NCBI GenBank assembly: GCA_051362555.1
Contig: CM120649.1
Span: forward strand, 10,788,001 to 10,852,000
Source of the DNA: Lingula anatina
Lineage: Eukaryota > Animalia > Brachiopoda
Direction: 5' to 3'
DNA: 64,000 nucleotides
Below the pieces are notes generated by a model, which worked only from the letters and a program-made list of their open reading frames with translations, was not told the origin of the DNA and searched no databases. The translations under genes were made by a program, and so were the position numbers. Shown one piece after another: positions 25,165-38,556 of the stretch (positions are counted from its first letter, which is position 1; every line of letters begins with the position of its first letter).

Positions 25165-28100
25165 CTAAAAGTCAAAAGGGCGAATCTTCATCTCGGTGGT
25201 CTTCAGAGAATAGTAATGCCCTCTAAATTGTTTCCAGTTGACGCCATCAGCGTATGAAGCATGGCTGCCCAGGTGGTAAAGGCCGTTCAAATTGGAGTAA
25301 TGGCAATTATCAAACCACCAAGCTCCCATGAATATCTGCGCACAGCCGCCACCTGCCCTATTGTCATTATCTCTATCTTTTGTCGAGAAAAGTTTCCCGT
25401 TGTGAAGGGCAAGGTCATCCCCTGAAAATGATTTGTCAAGCAGTTATGGTACTGATTTCAATATATAACTGTACTGTAAAAGTGCTTTGCAGTACGGATC
25501 CCTTTAAACCTATTGACTTAAAGATATTTAAAATGAAATTACATGCCGCGAATATGGGATTTCAAAAACTTTCGCGGTTATTTTGGAGAGATTTAGGCGC
25601 GTTACTCAAATGCTTGCAACCTATTTTTAAAAGGGTCGTATTTATCTGTAACCTTATATCTGCACTATGAGTGGTCTCCTGTTGGTATATAGGCTTTGTG
25701 ACAGTAATTCCTACTTGAAAAGCATTTTCGAACAAACCCTAACTGTTTGCACCATGGCCATGTGATCTACATTTACATTACATGTTGCATATTTAGATAT
25801 CTTTTCTTGCCTGCGTCTCCAGAATACGTCCCCACTGTTAGCTGGTAGTTCGACGTTTCCGATGAGATACTGAAGTTGCTGTAGTGGGCGTAGGCCCAAA
25901 TACCTGCAGTGTCTTCCATGTCGACGCGTAGCTCATAGTTATCTTGGGAAGTGAGAAGATGTATCTTGTCATTGCCTGGAATAAATCATATTTATCAAAG
26001 AGCTCTGAAACGGGCTTTGGATGAGGAGACAATATACAGGGGTAGATTACGACAAGACATTCTGATCGACTGTTAGAACAGTGCTGAGACATCGTCTTAC
26101 ACCAATCGTATTGAGTATTTTAAAAATCCTACCTATTTTGATTTTTTAATGCTGACCTAGAAATATTGTTTGTGGAAATTTGTTTTCTTAGGTGTTTTCA
26201 GGTTCCAGAATGTACACAGTACCTAGCCAGTGTTCCCCGCTAAGATTTCCAAAGCCGTGTTTGTAGTCATTCCAGTCTCTGTAGAAATCGACAGAACCAT
26301 CCATACGCTTCTGGAATAACTGAAAATTAGGAGGAATAAATTGTATTTGCAATAAGATAACCTTTCTAACATTTCATGAAATTTTAAAAGAACAATCAAA
26401 ATCCAAACGGATTCGCTTACTGTGCACAACTGAAGATTAAGAAAAAATAAGTATAATTATTGTGAAATAAATGCATTTATATAAAGTAAGTGAGTACATA
26501 AAAAATCAATCTTTACCGTCCATCCCCCTCCATCAGTAGTCATGTCACAGTAGACGCCGAAGGGATCTGCGCTGTTCCCTGGGTGAATCTGGTAAACTCC
26601 ACTTCTTACCTCGCCCCTCTTATAGAGCTCTGCGCAGTCCCTTCCACCTAATTATAAGATTATAATATAACATCATTATATAATATATCATCAGCGTGGA
26701 CAGTCCATATTGTATAAGATTTCCCGGTTTACATATTCGTATTTTCGCTTTAAATTATTGAAAAACATGCACCACTGAGTCCATAGAGTTCCAGCCAAAA
26801 TAACTAAAACACCCTTGGTAGGCCTACTCAGTAAACTTGTTAATATTGTATAGTATGTAATCCGTTACTCACATAGTGATATGCCGAGAACTTACCATTA
26901 GTGAAATTAGATGTTACAGAAGTGCTATTGATTCCTATGGGTCTTGTATTGGTTGACGTCAACTTTAATGTGTAAGTAATGCCCATAGTCAAATTTGCTA
27001 AAACTGACGTCACATTACTGCGGTGACCTGGATCGGCCATGGTCAGTTTGGTGACGTAGCTACTGTCGTCATCCCTAGCTTCTTTAATGTCTAGGGTAAA
27101 AGTTTGGTCAAAGCCGCCATCATCGCCTGCCACCCAGGTGACCGTTATGGTGTGAAGCCGCGTGGTGTTTATGAATAAAATGGCCGGTGACCGTGGTGGA
27201 CCTAGAAAAAAGCATTTTATTGGGTGTAAAGCTGAGGTTACATTGCATTTTCCACGGCGGCAGGTTCTTTGTGCGATGTTTTTGGCATCGTTAATGTGGC
27301 TGGTGTAACTTGACAAAGAGTCCCCTATATTAGGGAGTCCGCTTCCCACTCATTTGTACAGGTGAGCCTTGCCCTAGATTTTGACCCGCTTAGGTCAGAC
27401 TAACCCTAACCATGATGACTAAATGGCGGGCGGACTTTCTGTTATACGGACCCTCAGTTACGTAACCCTGGACTAAGCTTGTTTACATTATGAACGGGTG
27501 TCCGTTATTTCTCAGATATTACCTTGAGGTCGGGTAGGTTAAATCATTTTGACGTTCATATACGGAGCCTTTCTGCTTTACAAAATCGCAAGTAGTGAAT
27601 CCGTGCAAAATCGCACAGCCACTGCCTGCCTCTGCACGGACGCCACAAGAAAAGGTATACATGTGTACGGGCTGTATACTGTCACCGTGCAGATATTGAA
27701 TGGCAAATGTAACCAAGGTTCCCAAGGCAAACGGCGTTCATTGAATAATTTGCTTCCTTGATTGTTAATTCATTATAATTTCTTGTTTTGATTTTGATAC
27801 GAAGCAAATCCCAAGCTATAAGAGTGTCTTACAATGTAGGTCTAAAACGCATGCGAAGACATTTTGATCCGAATGATACTAGAAGTAAAAAAGAAAACAG
27901 ACAATAAGTAAATATGAAACTACTTAATAGAACAATCCATTTGACGCCTTACCTAGGTTTGGGTTAAGATACACCCAGCCACTGTCAGCAACGGGCACCG
28001 CCCCAGCGTCATCGTTGATCGTCTTGTCATTTAATTCACACGTATTACTCTCCTTATGATAGTTGGCAGATATGCACTTCGCAGAACCTAGACAGAGGAC

Positions 28101-28268
28101 CGTGCACTGTGTTTCTGACTTGGCGTGATAAACCGCGGGCGGCGAGCCACTGAAGGTGCCGTTGGCCAATCTGAAACCACCGTTCATCAGAAAATATCCT
28201 TCGTCTAGCGCAACGCAAGGTGCTGGGTAAATCACAGCGCAAAGGAAAAGAAGCAGTTTGCTATCCAT
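25165..28268 (-). CDS. Secreted PAN/Apple-FN3-fibrinogen C-terminal domain protein, copy A (~423 aa)
   Basis: Exons 28268-27953 (signal peptide + PAN, CTVLC..CISANY..CELN), 27201-26896 (FN3, [17 protein letters not shown]), 26647-26517 ([19 protein letters not shown]), 26319-26223 ([18 protein letters not shown]), 25975-25811 (NDKIH..YELRVD..YSGDAG; GC donor) and 25421-25165 ([27 protein letters not shown]). Phases are consistent and there are no stops. Confidence 0.9.
27304..27467. mobile_element. Ginger-like MITE (TGT start, 4-bp CTGG target duplication)
   Basis: CTGG|TGTAACTTGACAAAGAGTCC...GGACCCTCAGTTACGTAACC|CTGG; reverse-orientation relative at 54107-54274. Confidence 0.6.
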
Positions 28269-29569
28269 TTGTGAAGTCTATTACGCTGAATGCTACTATT
28301 CAGATGCAGAGAAATGTCCGGTTTAGATATTTCACTTCTTTTCTGAAATCGGTTGGTGATAATTAAGTAGGCAAGATGCTGCTCCCTTCAACAAGAAATT
28401 ATAAATACAACCTGCACGCTTAATCAATAAGCTCATGTTCGTAGCACAAATTAATCCAATACACAAATATACAATTCAATAGTAAGTGTATTTCACGTCA
28501 TTATTAACATCACTAACAGGATGTAGAGGCAAAACACAGTATCTAAAACCTTGAAAATCAATATTCTCTTTTTTGAAATAAGGCACAGATTCATTACTCA
28601 CAATGTTACGATCTGTACTGTATGTACTGGAGATTACTCTCCACACCAAAATTGTAAATCCATGATTATCTTTCCTTTCGTTTTATCCTATTGCAGAAAT
28701 GTTACCATCTGGGCATCAAAAGGTTACGTGCTTTACCACTTTATGATGATAAGGAGAAAATGTTCACTCTCTTGATGACCAAAAAACTTATTCGTATATT
28801 ATAATAAAAAATAAAAAAAAATAATAATAATAAATCCTTTTTAGCTTGTTATTCTAATAGCATGATGCTTGATGCAACACACAGACTTCCACAAATATCC
28901 ATTCCACATTATCCGTCGATTTAATCACATTCCCTAATTTGATCATTGTGGGTGATGTCTTGTGCTGTTACGTACGTTATATCTACTGTTGTTCATTTTT
29001 CCCATAACTTTCAACTATAAGTTATAAATCTAAGTATTGTAATTACCTAATCAGTTAATGGTGTGTTATTAGACCAAAGCTCAGAACTTCTATTGATACA
29101 AAATTTCCATTACCTCTTCGTAAAAGAACGATAACTTTCTTGTTGATATAGCTAACTGTTTCTTTCCATAAATTCGTTTCTTTGGCTTGATCATTGACAT
29201 GCAGGTTCATCAGTCATTATGTACCACTAAATGAACAAAATAATGTTACAACTAATTTTCATAACAACATGTACCCTTTAGAAGAAAGGTAATTAAGGTG
29301 TTGGAAGGCCCGTTCCAATTTTGGTACTTTGTAGGACTCACGTTTTAATAATAGAACTGGAAATAAAACTATCAAACTCATGTCAATTCCACAGCCACAA
29401 TTAAGACAACGATGCTCAAATAATTCTGTTGCGCCAGACATCCTTTGCCACACCAACATGTTTATACCGTCTACTTTTCGGCTTCTGAGGGCGAGCTGGT
29501 ACATGCATATCGTATTGCCAAGTCCATATTTTTACGAACCCCCGCCCAATCTCATCACTAGTAACAGAC

Positions 29570-29684
29570 CTGGCCCCGTAACTCGAAAGCATCGCGCATT
29601 GCGACGAAGCGCAAGCGTCTCGATTCCATAACTCACCCATGTTAGTATTCGCAATACGCGTTGCTTTTGAGTTACGGAGCCCTG
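29570..29684. mobile_element. Short palindromic MITE
   Basis: GGCCCCGTAACTCGAAAGCATCGCGCATTGCGA ... TCGCAATACGCGTTGCTTTTGAGTTACGGAGCC imperfect inverted repeat. Confidence 0.65.
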
Positions 29685-31315
29685 ATCTTCATTCATCCCC
29701 TTCTGACAACAGTGAACGCAATGTCTACAAATTTATTATCAATTAAAACTGCAAATCTCAACTACCACAATGCGGCAAATTATGCACAAATCCAGCCAAA
29801 ATGAGTGTAAATACTAAGATATTTTATAATCGAGGCACATACATTGTAAGTAGATCGTAGTAGAAGGTCAATTCATTACCAAAAATTTGAAGAAGGACGG
29901 TTTAAAAGCTCTTTTACGGCCGATCGATTTATCCCTGGTCATGTCGACTGTATTCCATTCGTATAAGAAAAATAGCAGAAGTTGTTTAAATGGGTTACTG
30001 GAAATCTCCGCTCGCTTTATACTTTTTGGTCAAAAAGGATGCCACACCCCCAATTCCATGTGCTTTTATTTACAAACTATCACCTCACGACTGTAAATTT
30101 TAAACGGTGCTTTTTATTCCTGATACCACATCTTACACGATTAATGTTTCAGAAAATACAAAATAGCAGTGACGATATCCATACTTTATACCATTTATTC
30201 AAATTAATAAGATGTATCCCCTCAAATCCAATATTTTCCTGTGATTTTCAAGACGCCAATTTAAAAGACGCCATCAAATGTCACCAAATTTACACACAAT
30301 TAGCATCAGGATGTGCTCGTTAAACGTCACGTGCCTAATAGCGTGTGTGTTCACCGCGTACTGCAATCATCTCATATACGCGGTGCGACAAGCCTTCACA
30401 AATGTAACGATTATTTTTATAGGATATTGTCCAATTCTTCCTTACAAGCTTGGCAAAGCTGGTCCAGATAATTTGGAGACTGGTTCTCCTCTGCATTGCA
30501 CACGCCAGTTACTGCCACAGGTGCTCAGTAGGGTTAATACCAGGGTTCAGAGATGGTAGCTCTCCTCAGAACATTGCTCTTAATTTTAATAAATGTTATT
30601 TGAAATATGGATATTTTTAGCGCTATTTTGTATTTTCTGAACCAATTAATCAAGTTAGATATGGTACCTGGAATTAAAAGCATTGTTTATAAAAATTAAT
30701 TTGTAAATAAAGCACACAGGAATTCGGGGTGGGACGACCTTTTTGACCTATGTTATATGTATCTTTAATGTGTAACAATAAAGACATTCAACAAGAGTTG
30801 AAGTGTCCACCTACTTGATTTACCTACGTGCTCTTTGGCAGTAAAAATACGCATTGCTTCTATCATTGCCATGTCATGAATTGCGTAAATGTATTGAATG
30901 TTATTTTAAAGCAACTCTACCTAGAAAGACCTATACAACATCTAGATGACATGTAGTTCCTAATGTAAATCGTACTACATGTTTGAAGGGTCGAAACACT
31001 CGTTGAAGAGCAGCTGAATAAAACTATCGCTTTAGTACTGTTTGATAGTTATAGTATCATAACCAGTTTCACACTTGAGTCGAAAGTTGACCCCTACTTA
31101 AGTGAAAAAATTCAGTTTCTTTTGGAAAATTAGGTAAGTTGGTCCTGTCTCAGAAAAGTTGGCAATGACTGATATTTCTGATAGACGAAAGACTATTGCA
31201 TTTATTTTGGTCCAAAGCAGGCTGAATGTGTTTGTCTGTTGAGATGCTTACTTAGATGGCAAGATCATATTGTGAATCCAGTTCTTATGTAACACACGCA
31301 TCCTTCAGAGCTCGA

Positions 31316-34300
31316 CTAAAAATGAACAGGACGAATCTTCATCTCGGTGGTCTTCAGGGAATTCTGATGCCCCCGAAAAAGGTACCAGTTAACACCATCA
31401 GCGAATGAAGCATGGTTGCCTAGGAGATACCGACCGTTCAAATTGGATGCATGGCAATTAACATACCACCAAGCTCCCTGGAAAGCCTGCGCACAACTTC
31501 CATGTTCCCTGGCATCATTATCCCTGTCTTTAGTGGAGAAAGGATGTCCGCTGTGAAAGGTGAGGTCATCGCCTGAAAATGATTTTGCCAAACAATTATT
31601 GCACTGCTGGTGTGGTTTTAAATACAATTCTTTATATACCCGTTGCTTTTAGGGCACGGATAAGATATACAGACTTGACATTTAATATGGAATATTTTTT
31701 CCAAATCATTTTTCATCAGTTTTTTTCCTATTTTACTGACTGATAAATGAAAATAAGGATTAAAATCGTGTTCTAATAACTTTTAATTATCTCTTTGATG
31801 TCATTGTGACATCAGTTCATTAATGGAATTCGCCAGAGAAGCAAACAAAAACACATTGCCTTTTCTACTTCATACGGCAACCATTAAATGAGATATTTTA
31901 GATCTCCATATTTTCCAAATTATTGTCTGTAAAAGAGTTACACGCTCCACAAAGGACCCTCATGTCAGTGTCTAGTCACAGTAACAGTCGCTGTTACGCC
32001 TGACCTCTTCTGGCTGCTACCAGCGCTCTCAAGCGGCAAGGCATTCCTTGGGATATGTTTTTAGAGTTCAATCTGGAATAACATTCCAGGCATCGGTCGA
32101 AATCTGTCCAATTTGGCCCAGTTTTGTTGTAGGACATGTAGGCCATTCATTTGGCGAGTAATGGCCTACCCACATATTGTCTACGTGGTTCAAATATGGC
32201 GGTTTTGATGACCAAGGTAGCTGTTCATTCCCTTGGTTCTCTAAGTAATCTGTTATTAAAAGTGCTCTGTGTGAACCGGCAATCCCACCCTACAACCTAA
32301 AATTGTTCTTAAGGTGCCCCCTATCAAATGATAGTCAAGTGGTTCCCAGATTATTCCTTTATTTAATCTGGTTCAGGTTTTCGTCGATGACTGCCATTGG
32401 TGTTTTTGCACCAATGTGGTATCCACTTCAAATACTGACGCTGTTAATGACCTAAGTCACTTTAGAGGCGGCACACTCTTCGTCGTTGGCCTCTTCTGGA
32501 TGTCTGTAAACTCTGTTTTGACTAGTTGAGCGGTACAGGTGAAATCTGACCTCAATAAAGAAAGCCACGAGGTTTCAGTGTTCAACCCAGAAACGGTCAT
32601 GGTCCCTAATTCATTAGAGAAACATACAACGATGTTTTGCTGTTTACAGTGGGTTCCTCTGAGGTCGTCTGATATTCTAACCTGCAAAAACCAGTTTGGT
32701 TTTCGCTAAGGGCCTTGAAAAATGCGTTTTGGTGGCAATTTACCCCTCATTCTGAACGGACTGGGTGGTTTTTGTTTAGTTGCAACGGCATATCCTGAAA
32801 GACAGTGGGTCCTGTACTCTGGTGGTAGGATTTTAATACATTGGGTGTGGCCTCTATGTAGGTACATCAGTCTGGGCATTACTCTATAAAACTGTGCGGA
32901 CCGTTTCGTTTGGCGCAATTAACTGTCTGGCAATGTCTGTCTTTTTCGCGCCATTTTGCCACAGATTAACAAACTTGCAAAGCACTGCACAGCTCATTTT
33001 ACACACTGCAAAACCGACCACTTGCATGCAAAATTTCAAATTCTTCTATGCAGTAGTTGCCGACATATGGATACTTTTTTGACAGAACCGTGCTTTGACA
33101 AAGCCAAGCTTTGACCTGCCCAAAGGACCACTACCCAATTAAGTTACTTCATATTACATAATGCAGCAGCGTGACAAACCTGGTATTCAGTTAATTGGAA
33201 GCGACACACCTGACTACACACTTCTCCATTCACATATCTTATATGAGATATTAGTTTTTAGAAAAAAGAACGCATTTCTACCTAGGCACACCTTCGAAAC
33301 TGAAATATTCCATATTAAATGTCAAGTCTGTATATTAAAAATGGTCATTTTGGAGGGTTTGAGTGCGTAACAAATTCTTGTTACCTCTTTTCATATTGAC
33401 AAGAATGTATTGTCATTCTTGATATTGTGTAATGAACATAAACATATGACGAATGTCCTTTATATAATTTTGGTACGCTTAATTCAAGCGTGGGCTCGAA
33501 ATAGGACATTACGTTTTCATCTAAATTAGTGGATAACGCAATCCAAAGATTCCACGGTTCGTGTCAGATTTACGTAAGGTCGCGCAAAGAAAACCCAAGT
33601 CCACATAATGACCAGTTAATGATTTTTTCGTTGACGCTCAGTAGCTACATGTTCTACGTGAAGTCTCCAACTCCTAGCTCTCCTAACCTCCTCCTTCTTC
33701 TCTGTCACCTCTCTCTCTCTCTCTCTCTCTCTCTCTACATGTCTCCCTCAACCTCTCTCCAGGTATCGCTTACATACTTATTTCTTATCTATACATGTAT
33801 GGTCGATGACGCAAACTTTAAATACCTGTAATTGTATAATTTTAATTAATTAATTAATTAATTTTAATTAATTAAAATTTCTTTACCTCACCGTTATACA
33901 AAGAGGCCGCCACATTACTTGAGAACTATTGGACCACAACACGTTACATCATAAGATATCTGTGTCGGACACGACAATTGGTCGTTTCAACTCTAACTTA
34001 ATTCCTTGTGGGTAATTCTGTACGTTCTTAACTCTTAATGAGCATATTTCAAAAACCCTAACCGCATGTATCGTAGGTATCTAATTTACATGCTGCAAAG
34101 TGCTAATTTGTTTTAACTCACCTGCGTCTCCAGAATACGTCCCCACCATAAGCTGATAGTTCGTCGTTTCCGATGAGATACTCATGTTAGCGTACCAGGC
34201 ATAGGCCCAAACACCCGAGACGTCCTCCATGTCCACGCGTAGCTCATAGATATCTTGGGTAGTGAGAAGATGTATCTTGTCATTGCCTGAAATATTACAA

Positions 34301-37300
34301 TATAAACATAATTTAGTTACATATTTTAATACATTTTACGTCATTCGCCCGCAACAAAAGAAGCCTTTTGCATGTGTTTATTCATCTTAAGCCAAAATCT
34401 TATGTTCTGAGCAAGGCATAGAGGAAACAGACGACCAAATGGCTTCATTGGTTATCTCTAGACCCCATAATACGTAAACAATATATATTCCATGTACCTA
34501 GCCAGTGTTCCCCGCTCAGTGTCCCAAAGCCGTGTTTGTAGTCATTCCAGCCTCTGTAGAAATCCACGGAACCATCCATGCGCTTCTGGAACAACTGTGA
34601 AAATTAGAAGGAATATATTATGTTTGCAATAACAACACCTAATATTTTATGAAATTTTAAAAGAACAATCAAAATGTCAACAGACTTGCTTGTTAAGAAA
34701 TGAATATACAGATTCGAGTGTGGATACAATGTCGCGGTACGGAAATATGATATCGACTTAAAAATAATCAAGTAAATAATTAAAGGATCAGAGAGGCGAT
34801 ACCGCCTCCAGATATTGCACCACCAGCTGGGGTAAGTGCATTCGTACGGAAAACCAAATATAAAGGGACACCACCACCAGTCTTGTGCTTGACAAGCTCT
34901 ATAAAATGCAATAAACAAGAGTTCTCAAAAAAAAAAAAAAAAAAAAAAAAAAAACGACAAAACAAGTGGTCCAATCAAGTAGATTTTCGAATTGACCTCT
35001 ATTTTCCTAACGTTGATCATTTCTGTGATTTACTAGACAATAGGCCCACTGGTTTTCCTTAAAATGTGTTATCAGTGTTGCATATATGCTGACAAAAAAG
35101 CAAACTTAGGGGAAACACTAGGCATATCTCTGCTAGTTTTGAAGATATGAGGGGCAAGAAAATATGCAAAGTTCAGTTCATGGTGAAAAAGTAGGTCAAA
35201 GGTCAATTTCAAGGTCACAGTATATGACTTCCTACTCAACTTCGTTAGTAACAATGGGCATTTCTTTGTCAAATTTGGAGATATAAAGACCAGTGAATAT
35301 TTTAAAAGGTCAAAAGATAAAAAGGTCAAAAGTCAAATCCAAGGGCTAATTTGGAATCTCCACATATGACTTTCGGTCAGACTTCTGTAGTAATTTTTCC
35401 CATAATTCCTTTGGCTTGGGAGATATTTGGCACTGAATTTTCAAAAATTTTGACAAGAGTGCGTTTCAAAGAGCGTCATCCCCAGGCCAATGAACGGATT
35501 GAGACAAAAAACAGGAGGTTCAAGTTGAGATTATATGTGGCCCAAATTCAAGAGATGGGGACACAGGTCCTTGCGGTCTAGGAGGAGAAGCGGTAGCGGT
35601 GACTTGTATCCGGCGCCAGAACGTGGAGCCGTATGTAGGAGCCGTCGGAGCCGTACAAGACGGGTCGGCATGAGTACCGCCAGCGTACACGCTGGTGGTA
35701 CTAGTTATTTCCAGTATTTCAAGTATTTCAAGTATTTTCAAGTTAAAATTCAATCTTTACCGTCCATCCCCCTCCGTCAGTAGTCATGTCACAGTAAACG
35801 CCGAAGGGATCTGCGCTGTTCCCTGGGTGAATCTGGTAAACTCCACTTCTTACCTCGCCACTCTTATAGAGCTCTGCGCAGTCCCTTCCATCTAATTATA
35901 ATATTATATGCATGATTTCCAGCGTGCGGTTTAAATAATATGGGATCATCTGCTCTAAATAGTCGTGCACTCACTTTAAATTATCTATATATATGGAAAA
36001 CAGAGAGTACGTCAATGGATCTGAATAACAATATACATGAATACACATGTTAATTAGATTGCACGGTTTGCATATTCGTACTTAGTGGCGGATTTAGAGG
36101 GGTGGGGGTCAGGAATGTCTTGACCCCCCCCCCCCCACCCTAAGGTTTTTTTAAAAACAATCAGACTAATATTCCCCCTCTTAAAATTAGAATTTTGACT
36201 AGCTAAATAATCGTTCTAAACCGTACCATAAGGCACTGTTTGCTCTTCAAAATAGCAAAAAAAATTTCGGGGCCCTAGAGTATCACCAAGGGAGTGATGA
36301 TTGGCTTTTTGTATAACTCTCAGTTGACATTTACAAGTGCAGGAGTCCGTAAAGTGCCCGCCTATGTAACTGAAACACCTTTAGTACTCAGTGAACTTAT
36401 TTACGCCTCTATCCTCCGTAACTTACATATTGATTGCTGAGTACTCACCAATTGTGAAATTAGATGCAACAGAAGAACTATTGATTCCGATGGGTTTTGT
36501 ATTGGATGACGTCAGCCTTAATGTGTAAGTAACGCCCTTGGTCAGATTTGCTAAAACTGACGTCACATTACTGCGGTGACCTGGATCGGCCATGGTCAGT
36601 TTGGTGACGAAGCTACTGTCGTCATCACTAGCCTCTTTAATGTCTAGGGTAAAAGTTTGGTCAAAGCCGCCATCATCGCCTGCCACCCAGGTGACCGTTA
36701 TGGTGTGAAGCCACGTGGTGTTTATGAATAAAATGGCTGGTGATTGTGGTGGGCCTAGAATATAAACCAATTTATGTATTTACCAAGTTTTAACCACTTA
36801 CCCGACACCCCATAAACTAAATTGTTTTCAGTGACGGTTTAATTTCCTTCGACTCAATCGACTCATCATTCGAGACAGTATAAAAGGGGGATGTCGTTGT
36901 CGGCTTTTTATTTTATAAAGTCAAACAAGGCAAGGGGTGTTTTTAACCTCTAAGCAATAATGGTTGAACCCTATGTGCCTAGAATGTCTCAGAAAGCAAC
37001 ACAAAAGTGGCATGCAAAATTTGGCGAATACATAAAAATATATCCTCACAATGTTTTTCGTTGTCGCTTCGCACTATTTATAGTGAGACATTATTTTTGA
37101 CCCGTTGTCCTCCGAATTATAGGCCAATCTCAATTGCCGTTTCACTTAATTGCAATACATTGAGCGATCTTGGATGATATTTTAAGATACGCAACATCTC
37201 CCAGGTTTTAAGCGTGTGTAAAACATTTAAAAGAAACACACATCTGAAGACCTAAGACAGAGTTCCCATACCTAGATCGATCCAACAGGATAAAATCCAT

Positions 37301-37933
37301 CTCCAAGGGGTTTCTCGATAAATCAGCTTCTAGCTTAAGCGGCTTAGATGTCTGACACGACTACTGAGAGTGCTAAACGATAATTAATTACCCCCTAACA
37401 GCTTTCGTAGGTGTGACAGACATCTAAGCCGCTTAAATTAATTGCTATTTAGCTAGAATCCCCTTGGAGATACATCGATCCACAGTTAGGGTCTGGGAAT
37501 AGTCTCTATGTCATAGAGGTTATAATATAAAAACAGCACTTACATACATACAGTATGTCTACAAATTGAAATGAAATAAATAAGTTGACGGCTTACCTAA
37601 CTCAGGATTAAGATACACCCAGCCACTGTCAGCAACAGGCACCGTCCCAGCGTCATCGTGGATCGTCTTGTCATTTAATTCACAGGCATTACTCTCCTTG
37701 TGATAGTTGGCAGATAGACACCTCGCAGACCCTACGTTCAAACAGACAAATGCGCAGCGTGATTCTGACTTAACGTGATAAACCACGGGTGGCTCGCCAT
37801 TAAATTTACCGTTGGCCAATCTGAAACCAACATTTATCAAAAAATCCCTATCTTGTAGCGCAACACAAGGCTCTAAGTTAATCATAGAGAAAATGAATAA
37901 GAATATTTTGAGGTACTGTGATTGTAGGCTCAT
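31316..37933 (-). CDS. Secreted PAN/Apple-FN3-fibrinogen C-terminal domain protein, copy B (~430 aa)
   Basis: Exons 37933-37597 (signal peptide + PAN), 36754-36449 (FN3), 35891-35761, 34594-34498, 34286-34122 and 31572-31316 (FBG domain ending ..[17 protein letters not shown]). All introns are GT-AG, exon 2-6 lengths match copy A exactly (306/131/97/165/257) and the frame is open. Confidence 0.92.
34915..35705. mobile_element. Non-autonomous interspersed element in intron 3 of copy B
   Basis: Starts AACAAGAG, has GGTCAAAGGTCAA-type internal motifs and a GC-rich hairpin-like end (GTACCGCCAGCGTACACGCTGGTGGTAC); absent from the homologous short intron of copy A. Confidence 0.55.
36083..36275. 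mobile_element. Partial MITE, CAGTGGCGGATTTAG family (copy 3)
   Basis: AGTGGCGGATTTAGAGGGG, TTAGAATTTTGACTAG and GTTCTAAACCGTACC shared with 15383-15969. Confidence 0.7.
37263..37500. mobile_element. Palindromic MITE, GATCGATC family
   Basis: TTCCCATACCTAGATCGATCC ... TCGATCCACAGTTAGGGTCTGGGAA; shares AATTACCCCCT..CAGACxxCTxAGCCG with 19148-19356. Confidence 0.6.
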
Positions 37934-38556
37934 TATGTGAAGTTAAAAATACCGAATGCTTCGCTCTCGCGCGGTCAAATACAGACTATTTTCTATCGCC
38001 AAATGAGTGCCAAAGTGCGAAGGTCTATATATTATAAGATCTTTCTACTTGGTTGCAGAGATACACCCCGGTTTCTAGCTTTGATGAATAAAACATCGAC
38101 CATCGATCGAAGCGATTGACCTTACGTAAGATTCGCATAGTGTCTGGTTTAACCTTTACAATAACTTATATATACAAAATTGAATTGGAATAGCACTTTA
38201 AGTATTATATAATCTTGTCAATATTGAAGTGATACCACGCGAACCGAGTGGACATATACCCTGGGGCGGACATTTACCTCCTGTATATGAAAGGTGATGG
38301 TGAAATAAGTGCTTGCACTTTGTAGCAGTGTCATTCAAATTATTCACAATGAAATTAATTGCAGTCAGAGGTCAAAACAGTTATGTCTCCGTGTACCTTC
38401 TGTCTAGACTAATGATATACCTGTATTAATTTATATTAATCTAAGAGCCTAAATTATGCAAAATACCACAATATGTCTCTGTTAATTTTGATTGTAAAAT
38501 GTCAATGCGTCCAGCCACAAGGTGTGAACGTCTGCTTGGCATTACCTTTAAGGGCT

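Noticed and set aside
27202-27349. N-terminal extension of ORF 26840-27349
   Set aside because: Intronic and partly MITE sequence; the paralogue and the splice acceptor fix the exon start at 27201.
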